Source of the DNA: a virus
Direction: 5' to 3' (one strand)
IMG/VR virus record: IMGVR_UViG_3300042922_000911
Span: 1-64,000 of that record
Length of the DNA: 64,000 nt
Below, in pieces: positions 59,501 to 64,000 of this stretch (positions are counted from its first letter, which is position 1; each line of letters starts with the position of its first letter). Position numbers and translations under genes: made by a program. Below the pieces are notes generated by a model. That model saw only the letters and a program-made list of their open reading frames with translations, was not told where the DNA came from and did no database searches.

Positions 59501-60331
59501 ATGAAACCCGTTACCCTCAACCTCGTTAGCTATTCAGGCGGCAAGGATTCCGGCGCGCTTGTGCTGCACCTCATGGAGCAGGGCGTGCCGAATCTGGTGC
59601 TGGTGTTCTGCGATACCCATTGGGAACACCCGGCGACCTACCGCTATGCCTACGAGTTCGCCCAGGCCGTCGGCCTGCGCCTGCGGGTCGTCGATTCCGA
59701 GGGCATGGTGAACCTGTGCCTTCGGAAGAAGCGCGCCCCGTCTACGCGCGTGCGGTTCTGCACCCAGGAATTGAAGCTCAAGCCGTTTGAACGCTACGTC
59801 AAGACCCTGCATGAGCAGGGCTTCGATACGGTCGTCTGGATCGGCGTGCGCGCGGAGGAAAGCCCCGCGCGCGCCAAGATGCCCGAGAGCGAGCATTCGG
59901 ATTACTACGATTGCGAGGTGCGACGCCCCATCCTCGGTTACACCATCGACGACGTGAAGGCCATTCACGCCCGCCACGGCCTCGAGCTGAACCCCTTGTA
60001 CAAGCTCGGCATGGGCCGCGTGGGCTGCATGCCCTGCATCATGGCGAATAAGGACGAGCTGAAAAGCATTGCCGACCGCTTCCCCGAGGTGTTCGACAAG
60101 GTGGCCGATCTTGAAGACAAGCTCGGCCGCACGTTCTGGACGGCCGGGGACACCCCGACCCGCTTCTGCTCCAAGGTGGCCGTCACGAAAGACGGCCGCC
60201 ATGTGCCCGTGCCGACCGCGCGGGACGTGAGGACGTGGGCGACGACGGAGAGGGGCCAGGCACCGGGGCAAGTCCCGATGTTTGAACCCCCTGTGCCCGC
60301 GTGCAGTTCCAAATACAACCTATGTGAGTGA
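59501..60331 (+). CDS. PAPS-reductase/DndC-like PP-loop protein
   Basis: SYSGGKDS, DTHWEHP, FCTQELK, GVRAEES..R, RVGCMPC. Confidence 0.85.
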   Translation: MKPVTLNLVSYSGGKDSGALVLHLMEQGVPNLVLVFCDTHWEHPATYRYAYEFAQAVGLRLRVVDSEGMVNLCLRKKRAPSTRVRFCTQELKLKPFERYVKTLHEQGFDTVVWIGVRAEESPARAKMPESEHSDYYDCEVRRPILGYTIDDVKAIHARHGLELNPLYKLGMGRVGCMPCIMANKDELKSIADRFPEVFDKVADLEDKLGRTFWTAGDTPTRFCSKVAVTKDGRHVPVPTARDVRTWATTERGQAPGQVPMFEPPVPACSSKYNLCE

Positions 60332-60334
60332 CGA

Positions 60335-60365
60335 AAGGGAGGCCGGATGCGGCCTCCCTTTTTTT
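60335..60365 (+). terminator. Rho-independent terminator
   Basis: AAGGGAGGCCG-GATG-CGGCCTCCCTTTTTTT. Confidence 0.85.
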
Positions 60366-60464
60366 ACCAATTTAGTTACACAGGAAGTGACGACCTTGGT
60401 CACTTTTTATTTACCGAAACAGTTACACAGGAAAAGCCACCACACAACCCTTAAGGAGCGCCCC

Positions 60465-60944
60465 ATGCGATTCTACGTCGCCACAACCTTCGACAATTGG
60501 GCATTGGCGGAACGCTACGCCAACGCCCTGACCTCGGCGGGCTACACTTGCACCTTGCCCTGGTGGAAGTACCACCCGAGCCAGCGGCCCAAGGGCATGC
60601 CCGTGGATCTTCAAGCGATTGCCCGGCAGGAGGTCGAGGCCGTCGAGAAGTCCGATCTGTTGTTCCTGCTGCACCCGGCCAAGGACGGCTCTCACGTCGA
60701 GCTGGGCGTCGCCCTCGCCAACCGCGCCGAGGTCGTGGTCGTCGGGCCTGACGTGGACGACGAAACGGCGTGCATCTTCTACCGGCACCCGGCGGTCATG
60801 CGAATTGCGCTCGAGGCCGAAGCGTTCCTGACGAGCGGGGGGCCTGCGAAGCTCGCTGACTTCATCTGGCATAACCGGCTCGCCCCGTGGGCCAACGCTG
60901 CTTACCACGAGCTCGGCACGGCCGCCGCGATCGTCGAGGCCTGA
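60465..60944 (+). CDS. Nucleoside 2-deoxyribosyltransferase/nucleotide N-glycosidase-like protein
   Basis: FYVA..EVEAVEKSDLL..GSHVELGVALA. Confidence 0.7.
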   Translation: MRFYVATTFDNWALAERYANALTSAGYTCTLPWWKYHPSQRPKGMPVDLQAIARQEVEAVEKSDLLFLLHPAKDGSHVELGVALANRAEVVVVGPDVDDETACIFYRHPAVMRIALEAEAFLTSGGPAKLADFIWHNRLAPWANAAYHELGTAAAIVEA

Positions 60945-61454
60945 GCCCGTGTGGGCCGGCTGGGAAACTCCGACGCTGGCTTTCTTCACTGTGGCGACCC
61001 TGGTAGCCGTCGAGCTGCTGCGCCCTCGCCTTTCCCCTGACGCCCACAACGACGCCCAAGACCAACATGACGCGCTGCCCGATCACGACGAGAGGGGGTA
61101 AGCCGCCGTGACGAAAAAGTACAAATACGCCACCGCGCCCGCTTCCGTCTGCGAATACTGCGGAAAGCGGCTGCGTAGCTGGTTCAACACCATGCACCGC
61201 AAGTGTGAGATCGCTTATTTCGCGGTTCTCGAAAGCCCCGAGTTCATAGCGACCGAGCCCGAGCCCGTGCATGAGCGCCTGGTCGGCTTCCCGCCCGCCA
61301 CGTTCTGCGCCTGCTGCCGACGCCTCGACAACAGCATTCAGCCGAAAAGCGTGTGCCCGTGCGGCTCCCCGATGGGGCCGCCGCCCGTATCTTTCAGAAC
61401 CGAAAAATAAACGCTTAATTTTTCGCGGGTTTATTTTTCTTTTATCAATTTTGG

Positions 61455-61495
61455 TGGCAGAAAACGGCCCTCGATCGGCTCGCATTCTGCATAAT
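61455..61495 (+). promoter_or_regulatory. Putative activator-dependent promoter
   Basis: TGGCAGAAA at 61455; CATAAT at 61490; AT-rich tract upstream. Confidence 0.6.
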
Positions 61496-61573
61496 CGCCT
61501 TAACGCTACACAGGAAATGTTTCGCCGTTTCGCCCAGGCATGAGCCCTTAACTCTGCTGAAAGGAAAAATAGA

Positions 61574-63376
61574 ATGACCGAGTACGGAACCCTCCCACAG
61601 CCGCCCGAGCTTTCCACTTGCCTGTGTGGCAGCGGCTCGCGGTTCTACCAATGCTGCAAGAAGCACCCCGATCGCCGGTTTCTCGTTCAGATGCTCTTCG
61701 GCGACGGGCTCGAGGTGTTCGCGCGGGCCTCGACCGATGCGAAGGCCCTCGCCGTGGTGGACGCCGCCGAGGCCTACCAGATGCAGAAGATGGTCGAGGA
61801 ACAGGTCATGGGCCGCGTGCTGATTCACGACGACCCGACGCGCTTCCTGTTCGTGCCCAAGGGCGTCTGGTCGCGGGAGCTGCGCGGCCGGTTCCCGTTG
61901 TGGGTCGCCCTCGAGCGCATCGGCTTCCACGCCATGGGCCACCCCGCCGAGGCCGTGAAGCAGCCCCACATGATCGCGCCCCCCGGCCCGCGCGGGCTGG
62001 CGCTCGCCATGGCCGCACAGGGCGAGTACGAGGTCTATACCTACTTGCGCCTGATGGAGAGCCGCGAGGCGAAACAGGTCCTCACGGCCAACGAGATCGC
62101 GCTTGAGCTGCGGATCGACTTCAACGAGGCGATCGCCCTGCTCGACGACGTGGCCGAGAAGGTGCGCGTCGCGAACCTGACGCCCGACGACCAGGCCGAG
62201 GCGATCGCCCCCTCGATCGAGCGGAACGCCCTGCTCGACCTCCCCGACATGGACGAGGCCACCAAGAACGCCGGCCCGCCCATGAGCCTGAGCGACGCCC
62301 TCGCCGACGGCATGCCGGGCGACGTGCGCGCGGGCCTCGACGCCCTGCTCAAGGACGTGGGCAACGCCATCGAGGCCGACGGCCTGACGCCCACGTTTGA
62401 GAGCTGCAACGGCGCGGGCCTGCTCGAGGTGACGGAGGCCGACGGGGCGATCGCCCTCGACTTCCCCCCGCAGCCGGTGCCCAAGAACCTCGACGAGGAC
62501 ACCGAGGCGGCGATCGCCAGCCGCACCCGCGCCCTCGCGCGCGAGCTGGCCTTCGCGCTGTACCGGCAGCAAGTCGGCCTGGACGCCGAGATCGTGCGCG
62601 CCACGGTCATGGACATTCTGAGCGAGTACGACAGCGTGGCGGCCGAGCTTGCCGAGGTCGAGGCCGTGCAGGGCGACGGCGAGGTGACGGTCGTCCTGAA
62701 TGTGCCCCCCGATTCCCCGCTCGTCGATCTGATGCGCGCGGCCGCCCGGCTCTTGAACGAGGCCGGTGCGCTCGACACGCCCACGATCGACGAGCATGTG
62801 ATCGTGGATTGGGATGCCGAGGTGAAGGACCTCGCCGGCCAGTTGGGCATGGCCCCGCTCGACCTGACGAACGCGGTGCGCTACGCGACGACGCAGCTCT
62901 TGCGCCATGAGGTCGAGGGTTTGCCGCTCGAGGCCGGGCATGTGGCGATCGCCCTGAACCTCGACCCCATCACGGCGCGCGAGGTCATGCGCCTCGCCGT
63001 GCTGGAAGTCGCCGCCATGGAGCCGGGCGAGCGCAACCACCTCATGGGCATGATCGGCTCTGTGCTGCCGTGCCGCGACTTCACGCCCCATGAGCGGTCG
63101 TATGCGGTGGTGGCCCTGCTGCGTCACCGGGCGATCGGCGGCATGCTGGCCTGGAAGCACCTCGAAAACGTGTTCGGCCTGCGCGCCTTTGAAGCCTCGC
63201 GCCTGGGCGTCGAGGCCATGGCGATCGCCGACATGCTGACGGTGAAGCGGCCCGACCTGTACGACGAGGCCATGCGCTTCTGGGCGACGCAGCCCCCGAC
63301 GGGCTCTGACACCTTCCTCGCGGACCTCGACGAGGTGGTTCGGGCGTGGGTGCCGGAAGGGGCCGCGCATGCCTGA
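61574..63376 (+). CDS. Hypothetical protein with N-terminal SEC-C-like motif
   Basis: CLCGSGSRFYQCC. Confidence 0.7.
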   Translation: MTEYGTLPQPPELSTCLCGSGSRFYQCCKKHPDRRFLVQMLFGDGLEVFARASTDAKALAVVDAAEAYQMQKMVEEQVMGRVLIHDDPTRFLFVPKGVWSRELRGRFPLWVALERIGFHAMGHPAEAVKQPHMIAPPGPRGLALAMAAQGEYEVYTYLRLMESREAKQVLTANEIALELRIDFNEAIALLDDVAEKVRVANLTPDDQAEAIAPSIERNALLDLPDMDEATKNAGPPMSLSDALADGMPGDVRAGLDALLKDVGNAIEADGLTPTFESCNGAGLLEVTEADGAIALDFPPQPVPKNLDEDTEAAIASRTRALARELAFALYRQQVGLDAEIVRATVMDILSEYDSVAAELAEVEAVQGDGEVTVVLNVPPDSPLVDLMRAAARLLNEAGALDTPTIDEHVIVDWDAEVKDLAGQLGMAPLDLTNAVRYATTQLLRHEVEGLPLEAGHVAIALNLDPITAREVMRLAVLEVAAMEPGERNHLMGMIGSVLPCRDFTPHERSYAVVALLRHRAIGGMLAWKHLENVFGLRAFEASRLGVEAMAIADMLTVKRPDLYDEAMRFWATQPPTGSDTFLADLDEVVRAWVPEGAAHA

Positions 63377-64000
63377 GCTGCGTTACCTGAGCGTTTGCAG
63401 CGGCATCGAGGCGGCCACGGTGGCGTGGCACCCGCTCGGCTGGAAGCCCGTGGCCTTTTCCGAGATCGACAAGTTCCCGTGCGCCGTGTTGGCGCACCAT
63501 TACCCCGATGTGCCCAACCTGGGCGACATGACGAAGATTCACGAAAGCGAGGTGTTCCGTGGGGCAGCTATCGATCTCTTGGTCGGCGGAACCCCCTGTC
63601 AGGCCTTCTCCGTCGCCGGCCTCCGAAAGGGATTGGCTGATCCGCGTGGTAACTTGGCGCTCGAGTTCCTTCGATTGGCTGACCTCAAGCGTCCCCGGTG
63701 GATTGTCTGGGAAAACGTCCCCGGTGTCCTGTCGAGCGCAGGAGGACGGGACTTTGGTTCCTTCCTCGGGGCGTTGGCTCAGCTCGGGTATGGGTTCGCC
63801 TACCGAGTGCTTGACGCTCAATTCTTCGGAGTGGCCCAAAGACGCCGCCGTGTGTTTGTTGTCGGCTACCTTGGAGACTGGCGGCGTGCCGCAGCGGTAC
63901 TTTTTGAGCGCGAATGCCTGCTCGGGCATCCTGCGCCGAGCCGAAAAGCGGGGCCGCACGCTGCCGCCGTTCCTGCTGATGGCCCTCGAGCAGACGGCAG
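63369..64000 (+). CDS. C5-cytosine DNA methyltransferase, 3'-truncated
   Basis: Manual translation: SVCSGIEAA, GGTPCQAFS, WENVPG, QRRRRVF. Confidence 0.92.
   Translation, partial: MPELRYLSVCSGIEAATVAWHPLGWKPVAFSEIDKFPCAVLAHHYPDVPNLGDMTKIHESEVFRGAAIDLLVGGTPCQAFSVAGLRKGLADPRGNLALEFLRLADLKRPRWIVWENVPGVLSSAGGRDFGSFLGALAQLGYGFAYRVLDAQFFGVAQRRRRVFVVGYLGDWRRAAAVLFERECLLGHPAPSRKAGPHAAAVPADGPRADG

Larger units (their letters stand above)
6915..60431 (+). repeat. Dispersed polar motif (G/A)TTACACAGG, at least 41 copies
   Basis: Manual count of 35 plus-strand and 6 minus-strand exact TTACACAGG copies. Confidence 0.95.

Noticed and set aside
60387-60403. GTGAC-N7-GTCAC palindrome as a matS site
   Set aside because: Spacer length differs from matS (3 nt) and only one copy was seen

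Overview
High-GC (about 68% by eye) segment of a contractile-tailed (myovirus-type) phage or prophage, truncated at both ends. No terminase, portal, integrase, DNA polymerase, tRNA or CRISPR is visible. Layout: (1) 1-2205, collagen-like and double LamG fibre genes; (2) 2.2-12.0 kb, a minus-strand arm of small accessory genes including SpoVS, a DnaN sliding clamp, GemA-like, DUF6788-like and KGG-repeat/AT-hook proteins; (3) 12.2-43.9 kb, a Twort/Herelleviridae-like virion module (protease, scaffold, major capsid, neck, sheath, tube, chaperone, tape measure with SLT and M15 domains, baseplate, two paralogous repeat fibres); (4) 43.9-46.9 kb, lysis genes; (5) 46.9-51.0 kb, RusA and lambda-O/DnaC-type replication with iterons, plus SSB; (6) 51-64 kb, nucleotide metabolism and DNA modification (ThyX, DpdA/TGT-like, QueD/E/C, amino-MTase, class II RNR, PAPS-reductase-like, NDT-like, C5-MTase). 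Main unexplained signals: at least 41 copies of the strand-polarised 9-mer TTACACAGG; a promoter class with TGGCAGAAA starting 35 bp before a -10 hexamer; clamp-binding-like peptides at the C-termini of three putative DNA-modifying enzymes alongside a phage-encoded clamp; a ~180-nt rod-like structured RNA candidate before the replication genes; and a lysis-cassette protein with a beta-barrel-type C-terminus. All family assignments come from motif recognition by eye, not database searches.
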